From the NCBI GenBank assembly GCA_038087875.1, contig JAXLNO010000246.1, forward strand, positions 62,001-126,000: 64,000 bases of DNA, in the 5' to 3' direction. The stretch is from Malacoraja senta (lineage: Eukaryota). Below are positions 51,965 to 64,000 of this stretch, piece after piece (within the stretch, counting starts at the first letter, position 1; each line of letters begins with the position of its first letter). The translations under genes and the position numbers were made by a program. The notes beneath the pieces were generated by a model that searched no databases, had not been told where the DNA came from, and worked only from the letters and a program-made list of their open reading frames with translations.

Positions 51965-52094
51965 TGATGATTGTTTTTTTAACAACAGATGAACTGTTGG
52001 ACAAGTGTAAAGAGAAGCCGACGAGAGGGGATAGGATGAACAACACAGTAAACCTGCTGATAATATTCAGGAGACTGAAGTAATTGCCGAGCTT
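51965..52094 (-). pseudogene. TM-like exon (SLLNIISRFTVLFILSPLVGFSL)
   Basis: tcag acceptor after a pyrimidine microsatellite; hydrophobic stretch with a central Arg. Confidence 0.5.
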
Positions 52095-52099
52095 CTGAC

Positions 52100-52242
52100 A
52101 AAGAAGGAGGAGGAGGAAGAGGAAGAGGAAGAGGAAGAGGAAGAGGAAGAGGAAGAGGAAGAGGAAGAGGAAGAGGAGGAGGAAGAGGAGGACGAGGAGG
52201 AAGAGGAAGAGGAGGAGGAGGAGGAGGAGGAGGAGGAGGAGG
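52100..52242 (+). repeat. (GAG/GAA)n purine microsatellite
   Basis: Read directly from the sequence. Confidence 0.99.
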
Positions 52243-52458
52243 ATGCAGGAAGGATATACTCAGAAGAGACAGAGAGGCATACAGCGCGCAAAGAGGCCAT
52301 TCCACCCAGCTTGCCTCTGCTGAGCAACAAGCATCATCGACGCTAGGCACCTATCAGATTAAGGCAACACCGCTCCATCTATGTACATCTGTAAATGTTT
52401 CTTATATATTGTCATAGCACCTGCCTCGTCTATCTCATCCAGTAGCTCGATCCATACA

Positions 52459-53995
52459 CCTACCATGGATGCATTAGTGATGATTTTTCAAAACTCTTTA
52501 GATTCTGGAGCAGTTCATGAGGATTGGAGGGTAGCAAACATAACCCCACTTATTAAGAAGGGAGGGAGAGAGAAAACGGGGAATTACAGACCAGTTAGTC
52601 TAACATCGGTAGTGGGGAAACTGCTAGAGTCAGTTATTAAAGATGGGATAGCAGCACATTTGGAAAGTGGTGAAATCATTGGACAAAGTCAGCATGGATT
52701 TACGAAAGGTAAGTCGTGTCTGACGAATCTTATAGAATTTTTCGAGGATGTAACTAGTAGATTGGATAGGGGAGAACCAGTGGATGTGTTGGATCTGGAC
52801 TTTCAGAAGGTTTTCGACAAGGTACCACATAAGAGATTTGTATACAAACTTAAAGCACACGGTATTGGGGGTTCAGTATTGATGTGGATAGAGAACTGGT
52901 TGGCAAACAGGAAGCAAAGAGTAGGAGTAAACGGGTCCTTTTCACAATGGCAGGCAGTGACTAGTGCGGTACCGCAAGGCTCAGTGCTGGGACCCCAGCT
53001 ATTTACAATTTATATTAATGAACTGGATGAGGGAATTGAAGACAACATCTCCAAGTTTTCGGATGACACTAAGCTGGGGGACAGTGTTAGCTGTGAGGAG
53101 GATGCTAGGAGACTGCAAGGTGCCTTGGAGAGGCTGGGTGAGTGGGCAAATGTTTGGCAGATGCAGTATAATGTGGACAAATGTGAGGTTATCCACTTTG
53201 GTGGCAAAAACAGGAAAGCAGACTATTATCTAAATGGTGGCCGATTAGGAAATGGGGAGATGCAGCGAGACCTGGGTGTCATGGTACACCAGTCATTGAA
53301 AGTAGGCATGCAGGTGCAGCAGGCAGTGAAGAAAGCGAATGGTATGTTAGCTTTCATAGCAAAAGGATTATAGTATAGGAGCAGAGAGGTTCTACTGCAG
53401 TTGTACAGGGTCTTGGTGAGACCACACCTGGAGTATTGCGTACAGTTTTGATCTCCAAATTCGAGGAAGGACATTATAGCCATAGAGGGAGTGCAGAGAA
53501 GGTTCACCAGACTGATTGCTGGGATGTCAGGACTTTCATATGAAGAAAAACTGGATAGACTTGGCTTATACTCGCTAGAATTTAGGAGATTGAGAGGGGA
53601 TCTTATAGAAACGTGCAAAATTCTTATGGGGTTGGGACAGGCTAGATGCAGGAAGATTGTTCCCGATGTTGGGGAAGTCCAGGACAAGGGGTCACAGCTT
53701 AAGGATAAGGGGGAAATCCTTTAAGACCGAGATGAGGAAAAACTTTTTCACACAGAGAGTGGTGAATCTCTGGAACTCTCTGCCACAGAGGGTAGTTGAG
53801 GCCAGTTCATTGGCTATATTTAAGAGGGAGTTAGATGTGGCCCTTGCGGCTAAAGGGATCAGGGGGTATGGAGAGAAGGCAGGTACGGGATACTGAGTTG
53901 GATGATCAGCCATGATCATATTGAATGGCGGTGCAGGCTCGAAGGGCCGAATGGCCTACTCCGGCACCTATTTTCTATGTATCTATGTATCTATG
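52459..53995 (+). mobile_element. 5'-truncated CR1, same subfamily as 28578-30075
   Basis: Nearly identical RT sequence with stops and a frameshift; same tail. Confidence 0.97.
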
Positions 53996-53999
53996 CTCT

Positions 54000-54915
54000 G
54001 TTTAAATAATTTACCGCTCAGGTTCCGATTCAATCTCTCACCCCTCACATTGAAACATGTCCCCTGGTTTAATCCCTGACTCTGGCTGAAAATCTGTACA
54101 TATACCCTATCTATTCCTCTCATGATCTTGTACGCCTCTATAATAGCACCCCTCATCCTCCTGCGCTCCAATAAATAAAGTCCAAGCCTCCTCAACCTCG
54201 CCACATAGCTCAGGCACTCGAGTATCTTTCTACATCCTAGTCAACCTCTTCTGTACCCTTCCCAGCTTAACACCATCTTTCCTCCAACAGGATGACCAAA
54301 ACTGAACAAAATACTCTGTGAGGCCTCACCAATGTCTTCTCGAACTGTAATATGACCTCCCAACATCTATATTCAACACTCTGATTGATGAAGGCCAATG
54401 TGCCAAATGCCTTGACCACAATTTCTACATGTGTCGCCACTTTCAAGGAGCTATGTACCTGCACTGCTGGATTCCTCTCCACTGCAACACTCACCAGAGC
54501 CCTGCAATTCACTCTAGAAGTCATGCGCTGGTGTGACTTCCGAAAATGCAAAGCTTCACTATTCTCTATATTCAACGCCATCAACAATTGCTCAACCTAC
54601 CTGTTCATCTGATCAAGGTCCTGCTTTTATTCCGAACAACTATCATCGTTATCTACCATATCACCACCCTTAGTGATACCTGCAAACTTCCAAATTCTAC
54701 TTTGTATTTCCTCATCCAAATCATTGATATAGATGACAAACAGCACCGAAACCTGAAGTGTGTAAGAATCACAGAATAATAGAAAATAGGTGCAGGAGTA
54801 GGTTGTTCGGCCCTTCGAGCCAGCAGCGCCATTCAATATGATCATGTTTGATCATCCAAAATCAGTAGCCCATTCCGGCTTTCTCCCCATATCCTTTGAT
54901 TCCTTTAACCCTAAG
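54000..54915 (-). mobile_element. Older CR1 fragments
   Basis: RLGLY.LERRR.RG, KAFGTLAFINQS, YINDLDE motifs; CR1 3'UTR at 54780-54915. Confidence 0.8.
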
Positions 54916-54919
54916 ATCT

Positions 54920-56065
54920 TCCTCATTGGAGACATGCTGAATTTCCTCAGGTTCCTGTTGGTGTGCTTTATTGGCTGTCGTTTCAATATGATCGGTCCAT
55001 GACAAGTCATTGGTAATATTCATGCCAAGCTATTTCAAGTTCACAACCATTTCCACTTTGGCCCCATTGGTGCAGATTGAGGCAGGGTACTCTATCAAGA
55101 TTCCTGAACACAATAACTAGCTCCTTCGTGTTGCTGGCATTGAGTGAGAGAGTGATCTCCTGACACCCACCGTGTTGCTAAGCTCCCCGTCTTCCTCTTG
55201 TGTTCCGTCTAGTTCTTGTTCATCATCCGCCCACCACAGAGTTGTCACCTGCAGACTTGTAGATGTGGTTAAAGCCGAATTTGGGCGCACAGTCCTGAGT
55301 GTATCGTGAGGACAGTAGGGGACTGCATCCGAGCCAGTTGCTCTCCACAGATTCACTCTCAGGATGGCCGATCTTACGCCTGTGGCAGTAACCGTTGGTA
55401 CAGGTGAACCCGAGACTGAGGGAGACATTCCTCCAGACATTCTGTTCTAAGCGGGCGGAGAATGCGGGTATCCGTCTCATTGCCTCCTGTCTCCGGCTTG
55501 GTCCGGAATTCCCTCTTGGCATCCTTAATGGCTCTGCGACGGCCATTGATAGATTTCCTGTGCCGCACGGCATAGTTTGACTTTAACGCTGTAGACTTGG
55601 TTCGGCACGTTGGCGCAGCGGTAGAGTTGATGCCTTACAGCGCCAGGGACCCGGGTTCAATCCTGACCACGGATGCTGTCCGTGCGGAGTTTGTACATTC
55701 TCCCCGTGACCTGCGTGAGGTTTCTCCGTGCGCCCCGGTTTCCTCCCACACTCCAAAGGCGTACAAGTTTTTAAGTTAAATGGTTTCATATCATTGTAAA
55801 TTGTCCCCAGTGTACATTGGATAATGTTAATGTACCGGGATCGCAGGTCAGCGCTAACTCTCTGGGCCGAAGGGCCTGTTTCCGGGCTGTATCTCTGAAC
55901 TAAACGAAACTTGGGCTTCACCTGGGAGTGGAGCTCACGGTTCACCCATGGTTTCCGTTTGGTGAATAAACGTATTGCATTATGTGGTCCACAGTCCTGT
56001 CCATACTTGCTGATGGAGTCTGTGACAGCGATGGCATATACATCCAGCTTAGTTGCAGCGTCCAT
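54920..56065 (-). mobile_element. Degenerate Rex1-type fragments interrupted by a SINE
   Basis: LDVYAIAVTDSISK..KPWVN; RAIKDAKREFRTK. Confidence 0.75.
55600..55910 (+). mobile_element. tRNA-derived SINE (HE1/V-SINE type)
   Basis: TGGCGCAGCGGTAG A-box and GGTTCAATCC B-box. Confidence 0.85.
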
Positions 56066-56084
56066 GACTATAGATGTGATGTGG

Positions 56085-56875
56085 TAGCAAAAACAGGAAG
56101 GCAGATTCCTATCTAAATAGCGTCAAGTTGGGAAAAGGGGAAGTACAACGGGATCTGGGGGTCCTTGTACTCCAGTTTATGAAAGTAAGAATGCAGGTAC
56201 AGCAGGCAGTGAAGAAAGTGAATGGCATGTTGGCCTTTATAACAAGAGGAATCGAATATAGGAGCAAAGAGGTCCTTCTACAGTTGTACAGAGCCCCAGT
56301 GAGACCACACCTGGAGTATTGTGTGCAGGGTTGGTCCCCTAATTTGAGGAAGGACATTATTGCTATTGAGGGAGTGCAGCGTAGGTTTACAAGGTTAATT
56401 CCCGGGATGGCGGGACTGTCATATGCTGAGAGAATGGAGCAGCTGGGCTTGTACACTCTGGAGTTTAGAAGGATGAAAGGGTATCTTATTGAAACATGTA
56501 AGATTGTTAAGGGTTTGGACACGCTAGAGGCAGGAAACATGTTTCCGATGTTGGGGAGTCCAGAACCAGGGGCCACAGTTTAAGAATAAGGGGTAAGCCA
56601 TTTAGAACGGAGACCAGGAAACACTTTTTCTCACAGAGAGTAGTGAGTCTGTGGAATTCTCTGCCTCAGAGGGCGGAGGAGGCGGGTTCTCTGGATGCTT
56701 TCAAGAGAAAGCTAGATAGGGCTCTTAAAAATTGCGGAGTCAGGGGATATGTGGAGAAGGAAGGAACGGGGTATTGATTGTGGATGATGAGCCATGATCA
56801 CATTGAATTGCGGTGCAGGCTCGAGGGGCCGAATGGCCTACTCCTGCACCTATTGTCTATTGTCTATTGTCTATA
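56085..56875 (+). mobile_element. CR1 3' fragment
   Basis: RDLGV…RPHLEYCVQ.WSP; (CTATTGT)n tail. Confidence 0.93.
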
Positions 56876-57599
56876 TATACCAGTCCACCGACTCAACACA
56901 GTCAATGATTCAATTGTACTTTATTGTCACATACACTTTGGTACGGTGACATTCTTGCTTTCCATATAATCCTTAAAGTCAAACTCTAGACAAGCACAAG
57001 GATAGATCAGTACAAATGTGCAAAGATTTCAAGGGAAGTGCGAAGGGATATGGGGAACAAGCCGGAACTGCGTACTGGTTTTTGATGATCAGCCATGACC
57101 ATATTGAATAGCGGAACTAGCTCGAAGGGCCGAATGGCCCATTCCTGCACCTATTTTCTATGTTTCTACGATTGTAGTGTAAGAATACTAGACTTCACCG
57201 AGGCTTGCACAAATAGTCGCCACGCTTCTGCCGCCAACTTGTGTATTTAAATGTTCAAAGTTATTTTTGGTAGAGTGTTTTATCTTGGCCTTAACGGCCT
57301 GTGTTGAAGGTGTGGAACTGGCCTGTGTCCTTGTGTGTATTAACCAGCGTCTGCAGTTCTTTGTTCCCAGCATGTGTTTATGTGCTGTGCTGTTCCCTGC
57401 TCCCTTTGTTCTGCAGCTCGCTGTATAACTCGCTCTGTTCTGAGCCCAGGTGTATCCGCGCCCGCCCCCAACGCTCTAGCTGAGGCGGCGGTTGCCAATA
57501 GAGACGGGGGCAGGTTAGTGGGAGGGTCGCTGCAGGTTTCCTTTGTGTGGAAATCAGGCTGCGGTGTTGTTTACCTGCTGTTACAAGTCCCGCCCAAAG

Positions 57600-58010
57600 C
57601 AGCGATTGTCATTGAAACTGCGGCACACTGATTCACAGTCCGAGCGGTGACAATTTGTCCGTGACTTATTGCCCAGTGTGTGGGCAGTGATGGTTTGTGG
57701 AGATGCGCCACTGGATAAACTTTTGTCCGTTGTATCGCTGTTGCTCCGGAACTCACAGACTGAATCTCTTTGTTCTCCCCTCAGTGGCCGACGTCTGGGC
57801 GCCGGGGACTCGGGCTAGAAGGCGACAATTTTGATCCGCTATCGCTCGTTTTATCTTGGACGAAGCTCACTGCGATTTCCCTGAAGTTTTTATTTCAAAT
57901 TCATCATTTTTACTGGCGATTGGACGATGGTTCCGTTGCCTCGGCTGATGGATCCTTGGTGTGTTGAGGATCTGAGTCTTGGACTACAGGAGAAACCTGG
58001 AATCCCATGT
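57600..58010 (+). mobile_element. Possible degenerate CRE-like non-LTR RT fragment
   Basis: EGDNFDPLSLVL…W.LDDGSVA resembles QGDPLGPLLF…WYLDDG. Confidence 0.35.
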
Positions 58011-58523
58011 CATTCTCCCTGGAATGCTTGGTCGGACAACTGAAGCAGAAATCCGTTTGTTTCAGGTACGGGTTTGAACGGGAACAAAGGCGGGTTGGAT
58101 GCAGAGACAGCAGATGAGCAAATGTTGCTTCTATTTGTGTCGGGAGATACCGCAGATGCTGGTTTAAACCGAAGGCAAGCACTAAAATTTGGAATAACTC
58201 AGCTGGTTAGGCAGCATCTCTGGGGAAATCTCTGGTGATATTTAGCGTCGGAACCTTCTTCAGACTGAGCGTCAGAGGTGTGGCGAACAAGACATAAAGG
58301 CGGTACCAGGAAAAATGATAACATCGCAAAAAATGCGTTAAATCACGGAAATAACATCCTCTCCCTCTGACCCACCCTCTCCCGCTTCCTCCTCCCCTCC
58401 CTCTGCCCCATCTCCCTCTACCTCTGTCATTCCATCACCCCCTCCCACTGCCCCCTCTCCCTCTGCCTTTCCCTCTGCCCCTCCCTCTGCCCCTTCCCTC
58501 TGCCCCTCCCCCACCCTCTTCCT

Positions 58524-61325
58524 ACATAGAAACATAGTAACATGGAAATAGGTGCATGAGTAGGCCATTCTGCCCTTCGAGGGCTGATCATCCAACTCAG
58601 TATCCTGTACCTGCTTTCTCTCCATACCCCCTGATCCCTTTAGCCACAAGGGCCACATCTAACTCCCTCTTAAATATAGCCAATGAACTGGCCTCAACTA
58701 CCCTCTGTGGCAGAGAATTCCAGAGATTCACCACTCTCTGTGTGAAAAATGTTTTCCTCATCTCGGTCTTAAAAGATTACCCCCTTATCCTTAAACTGTG
58801 ACCCCTTGTTCTGGACTTCCCCAACATCGGGAACAATCTTGCTGCATCTAGCCTGTCCAACCCCTTAAGAATTGTGTACGTTTCATTAAGATCCCCCCTC
58901 AATCTTCTAAATTCTAGCGAGTACAAACCGAGTCTATCCAGTCTTTCTTCATATGAAAGTCCTGCCATCCCAGGAATCAGTCTGGTGAACCTTCTCTGTA
59001 CTCCCTCTATGGCAAGAATGTATTTCCTCAGATAAGGGGACCAAAACTGTACGCAATACTCCAGGTGTGGTCTCACCAATACCCTGTACAACTGCAGTAG
59101 AACCTCCCTGCTCCTATACTCAAATCATTTTGCTATGAATGCTAACATACCATTCGCCTTCTTCACTGCCTGCTGCACCTGCATGCCTACTTTTAATGAC
59201 TGGTGTACCATGACAACCAGGTCTCGTTGCATCTGCCCTTTTCCTAATCGGCCAACATTCAGATAATAGTCTACTTTCCTGTTTTTGCCACCTAAGTGGA
59301 TAACCTCACATTTATCCACATTATACTGCATTTGCCATGCATTTGCCCACAACCCCAGCCTATCCAAGTCACCTTTCAGCCACCGAGCATCCTCCTCTCA
59401 GCTAACACTGCCCCCTTGCATCGTGTCATCCGCAAACTTGGAGATGTTGCAATCAATTCCCTCATCCAAATCATTAATATATATCGTAAGTAGCTGGGGT
59501 CCCAGCACTGAGCCTTGCGGTACCCCACTAGTCACTGCCTGCCATTGTGAAAAGGACCCGTTTACTCCTACTCTTTGTTTCCTGTCTGCCAGCCAGTTCT
59601 CTATCCACATCAATACTGAACCCCCAATACCGTGTGCTTTAAGATTGTATACTAATCTCTTATGTGGGACCTTGTCGAAAGCCGTCTGAAAGTCCAGATA
59701 TAACACATCCACTGGTTCTCCCTTATCCACTCTACAAGTTACATCCTCGAAAAATTCTATAAGATTCGTCAGACATGATTTACCTTTCATAAATCCATGC
59801 TGACTTTGTCCAATGATTTCACCATTTACCAAATGTGCTGCTATCCCATCTTTAATAACTGATTCTAGCAGTTTCCCCACTACTGACGTTAGACTAACTG
59901 GTATGTAATTCCCCGTTTTCTCTCTCCCTCCCTTTTTAAAAAGTGGGGTTACATTAGCTACCCTCCAATCCTCAGGAACTACTCCAGAATTTAAAGAGTT
60001 TTGAAAAATTATCACTAATGCATCCACTATTTCTGGGGTTACTTCCTTAAGTACTCTGGGATGCAGCCTATCTGGCCCTGGGGATTTATCGGCCTTTAAT
60101 CCATTCAATTTACCTAACACCACTTCCCGGCTAACCTGGATTTCACTCAGTACCTCCATCTCATTTGACCCCAGTCCCCTGCTATTTCTGGCAGAATCTT
60201 TATGTCTTCCTAAGTGAATTCAGAACCAAAGTAGTTATTCAATTGGTCTGCCTTGTCCTTGTTCCTCATGATCAATTCACCTGTTTCGGACTGCAAGGGA
60301 CCTACATTTGTTTTAACTAATCTTTTTCTCTTCACATATCTATAAAAGCTTTAGCAGTCCGTTTTTATGTTCCCTGCCAGTTTTCTTTCATAATCTATTT
60401 TCCTTTTCCTAATTAAGCCCTTTTTTCCTCCTCTGCAGGACTCTGAATTTCTCGCAGTCCTCTGGTAGGCTGCTTTTTCTGGCTGAATTGTACACTTCAT
60501 CTTTTGTGTTGATACTATCCCTGATTTCCCTTGTTATCCATGGATGCACTACCTTCCCTGATTTATTTTTTTGCCAAACTGGGATGAACAATTGCTGTAG
60601 TTCATCCATGCAGTCTTTAAATGCCTTCCATTGCATATTTACCGTCAACCCATTAAGAATCAATTGCCAGTCTATCTTGGCCAACTCACTTCTCATACCC
60701 TCAAAGTTACCTTTCTTTAATTTCAGGACCCTTGTTCTAAATTAACAATGTCACTCTCCATCCTAATGAAGAACTCAACCATATTATGGTCACTCTTGCC
60801 CAAGGGGCCACGCACAACAAGACTGCTAACTAACCCTTCCTCATTACTCAATACCCAATCTAGAATAGCCTGCTCTCTCGTTGGTTCCTCTACATGTTGG
60901 TTTAGAAAACTGTGCCGCATACATTCCAAGAAATCCTCTTCCTCAGCACCCTTGCCAATTTGATTCACCCAATCTATATGTAGATTGAAGTCACCCAATA
61001 TAACTGTTTTACCTTTGTTGCACGCATTTCTAATTTCCTGTTTGATGCCATCCCCAACTCCACTACTACTGTTAGGTGGCCTGTACACAACTCCCACTAG
61101 CGTTTTCTGCCCCTTAGTGTTTCGCAGCTCTACCCAAATCGATTCCACATCCTCCAAGCTAATGTCCTTCCTTTCTATTGCGTTAATCTGCTCTCTAACC
61201 AGCAACACTACCCCACCTCCTTTCCCTTTCTGTCTATCCCTCCTGAATATTGAATATACCTGGATGTTCAGCTCCCAGCCTTGGTCACCCTGGAGCCATG
61301 TCTCCTTGATCCCAACTATATCATA
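58524..61325 (-). mobile_element. 5'-truncated CR1 (disrupted APE-RT) inserted in a polypyrimidine tract
   Basis: ESIWVEL, YRPP, GDFN, SDH, FADD motifs; CR1 3'UTR. Confidence 0.96.
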
Positions 61326-61327
61326 GT

Positions 61328-64000
61328 CCTCACCTCCTCCCTCTCCCCCTCCCTCTCACTCTGACTCTCTACTCCTCTGCCCATCCCTCTTCCCCTCCAT
61401 GCCCTTCCCTCTGCCCCTCCCTCCCTCTTCCCCCTCCATCCCCCGCATCCACAATCCTTCCCTCTGCTCTACCCTCCCGCTCCCTGTTCCATGTCGGTAC
61501 CCCCTCTCAGTTTCCCCTCTCTCACCTCCTCCTCCCCTCCCAGTCCCTGTCTCTCAATCACACGGACTCACCCTCTCATTCTGTCCTACCCTCCTTCTCC
61601 CCCTCCCCTGCACCTCCCCCTTTCCTCACTTTTTCTCCCTATGCCCCTCCCCCGCCACTCCCTCTGGCGTTCCCATCGACTATCCCCTCCCCTTCCTCTT
61701 CCCCACCATCACCCTTCCCTTCCTCTCCCCTCCCCATTCATCCACTGTCCCCATTCTTCTCCCTCCCCTTCCTCTTCCCCTGCCCTTCCTCGCCACCCTC
61801 ACTTTCCTCCTCTACCCCCTCCCACTTCCTCTCCCCCTACCTCTACTCCCTTCTCCTTCCCCTTCCACACCCCCTCCCCCTTTCTCAACCCTTCTCCCTT
61901 CATCTCCCCTTCCTCACCCCCTTCAACACCCTCTACCCCTTTCTCTCCCACACCTCCTTCTCCCCATTCTCCATCCCCTGTCTCCTTGCCCTTCATGACC
62001 TTCCTCCCCTCCCCTCCACTTCCTTCCCCCTCTCGCTCATCTCCCCCTCCCCGCCTTCCTCATTCCCCCATCCTCCCTTATTCACCCCTCCCCTTCTTCA
62101 CCTACCCCCTCTCCCTCCCCATTCTCACCCACTTCCCTTCCACCCCCCCTCCCCCCGCCCACCCCCTTCCATGCTTCCCCCTCCCTCCCCTTCCTCACCT
62201 CCTTCCTCATCTCCACCATTTACCTCCGAGCCCCTCCCTCCCGCCTCCCCCATTCCTCTCACCCCACCGACCTTCCTCTCACCTCCCCTTCATCTCGACC
62301 CCACTTCCTCCCGCTTCCCCATTTCCCCCCCATTCCCCTCCCCTCCCATTCCCCTTCCCATCTTCACCCCCTCTCGCCCTTCATCTCTTGGCCCCTCGCC
62401 TTCCTCGTCCCCCTACCCCCATCCCCCTCCCTCCCTTCCCTCCACCATCTCAAACCTTCCCATGCTCCCCACTATCTTCCCCATCCTCACCCCCAACCTC
62501 CCTCCTCCCTCTCACTCTCCTCCCCCCTCCCTCTCCCCTCGATCCCCATCCTCCTCCACCATTTCCTGTTCCCCTCCCTCCCTCTTCTCCCCTTCTTCTC
62601 CTTCCAATCCCTTCCTCAACTACATCCGCCTCCCACATCTACCCCCACCCTTTCCTCTCCCCTTCGTTTTACTCTCCACATCCATCTTCCTCCTCCCCTT
62701 CCTTTACCCCTTCCTCTACCCCTTCCACCCCACATCTACTCCCCCCCTGTCCCACCTGCTCTCCCCATTCCTCTCTCCCCCTCCTCTCTTCCTCCTCTCA
62801 CCCTTCTCTCCCGCTCCCTCTTCCTCCCTCCTAACTCCCTCCTCTCCCCCTTCCTCTGTCACCCTCTCTCCTTCCTCTCTCCCCCTCCTCTCACCCTCCT
62901 CTTCCCCTCCTCTCTCATTCCTCTCACCCCCTCCTCGCCCCCTCGTCTCACACTTCCTCACTCACCCATCACCCCCTTCCTCTCTCCCGTTCCTCTCCCC
63001 CTCCTCTCTCTATCCTCTCCCCTCCTGTCCCCCTCCTTTCGCCCTCTCGCACCTCCTCTCCCCTTCCTCTCTCCCCCTGCTCTCCCCATCCTTTCCCCCT
63101 CCTCAACCTCTTCCTCTGCCCCTTCTCTCCCCCTCCTCTCCCCCTCCTTTCGCACTCCTCTCCCACCTCCTCTCCCCTTCTTCTCTCCCCCTCCTCTCCC
63201 TCTCTCCCCCTTCCCCCTTGCTCTCTCACCCCTCTCCCCCTTCCGCTCTCCCGTCTCCCACTCCTCTTCCCCTCCTCTCTTCCTCCTCTTTCCCCCTCCT
63301 CTCTGCTTCCTCACCCCTTCCTCTCTCCCCCTCTCTTCACCTCCTCTCTACCTCCTCTCGCCCTCTCTCTCCCTGCTCTCTTCCCTCCTCTCTCCCCCTC
63401 TCTCCCCCTTCTCGCCCCCATCTCACCCCCTCTCTCCCTCCTCTCACCCTCCTCTCTCTCCCTCCTCTCTCCTCCTCCTCTCACCCCCCTCTCTCCTTTT
63501 CCTCTCCCCTCTTCTACCACCTCCTCTCTCCCCCGCCTCTCTCCCACCTCTCCCTCTCCCCCGCCTCTCTCCCTCCCACTCTCTCCCCTTCCTCTCGCCT
63601 CTTCTACCACCTTCCCCTCCCTCGACCCCTCCTCATTTCTCACCCCCTCCCCGTCATCTCCCCCTCATACCTCACCACCTCTGTCCTTCCCACACCCTCT
63701 CCCCTTTCTCCTCCCCACACTCACCCAATCGTGCTGCCTCCCCCTCTCCACCTTTCACCCTCGCTCCCTCTTCCCCCTTCCCCCACACCCTCCCCTCCCC
63801 CTCACACTCCCGTTCACCATCTCACTCCCACTCCTGCCTTTCCCTCTCCCCCACAGTCACCACCCCCCCTCTCCCCCTCCCTCCATCCCTCCCTCATCAT
63901 TCACTCTGACGCTCCTATTGACTGTCGCCATCCTCTCCCCCTCGCTCCACTTCCTCTTCCCGTACCCCGTTCCTCCCGAAACCTCTCCCCACCACCTCCT
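61328..64000 (+). repeat. Polypyrimidine (C/T) low-complexity tract, >2.6 kb, running off the window
   Basis: Almost no G on +; a similar tract at 58355-58523 lies on the other side of the CR1. Confidence 0.98.

Noticed and set aside
51979..52350. Poly-Pro and poly-Ser ORFs
   Set aside because: Translations of a microsatellite.
61399..63643. Pro-rich and Gly/Glu/Arg-rich ORFs up to 447 aa
   Set aside because: Artefacts of a stop-poor low-complexity tract.

Overview
Vertebrate, gene-poor, repeat-dense DNA, most likely from a cartilaginous fish such as a skate or ray (inferred from HE1/V-SINE-type SINEs and chondrichthyan-type CR1, L1, Rex1 and Penelope elements). No intact host gene is supported. 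The only long intact ORFs are retroelement ORFs: a full-length L1 at 38004-44616 with a 16-bp TSD and both ORFs intact, and an open CR1 RT segment near 28.6-30.0 kb. Between the transposons lies a repeated non-TE cassette with three modules in constant order. They read as decayed exons of an immune-type receptor: an Ig VJ-like exon, a hydrophobic TM-like exon often containing Arg, and a short Tyr-containing terminal exon (consensus about EYHAEYxxLFxSNPELSVYL*). These modules run on + across 0.3-22.6 kb and on - across 44.6-52.1 kb, so the two arrays are inverted relative to each other. Three more weak V-domain-like remnants lie between the arrays. A ~6-kb tandem duplication (359-6408 / 6406-20129) has a 3-bp microhomology junction and copy-specific TE insertions. 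The window also has Penelope-borne hammerhead ribozyme motifs, a young MITE, a possible CRE-like RT fragment and a >2.6-kb polypyrimidine tract. All Ig assignments come from by-eye translation of degenerate sequence and need HMM confirmation.
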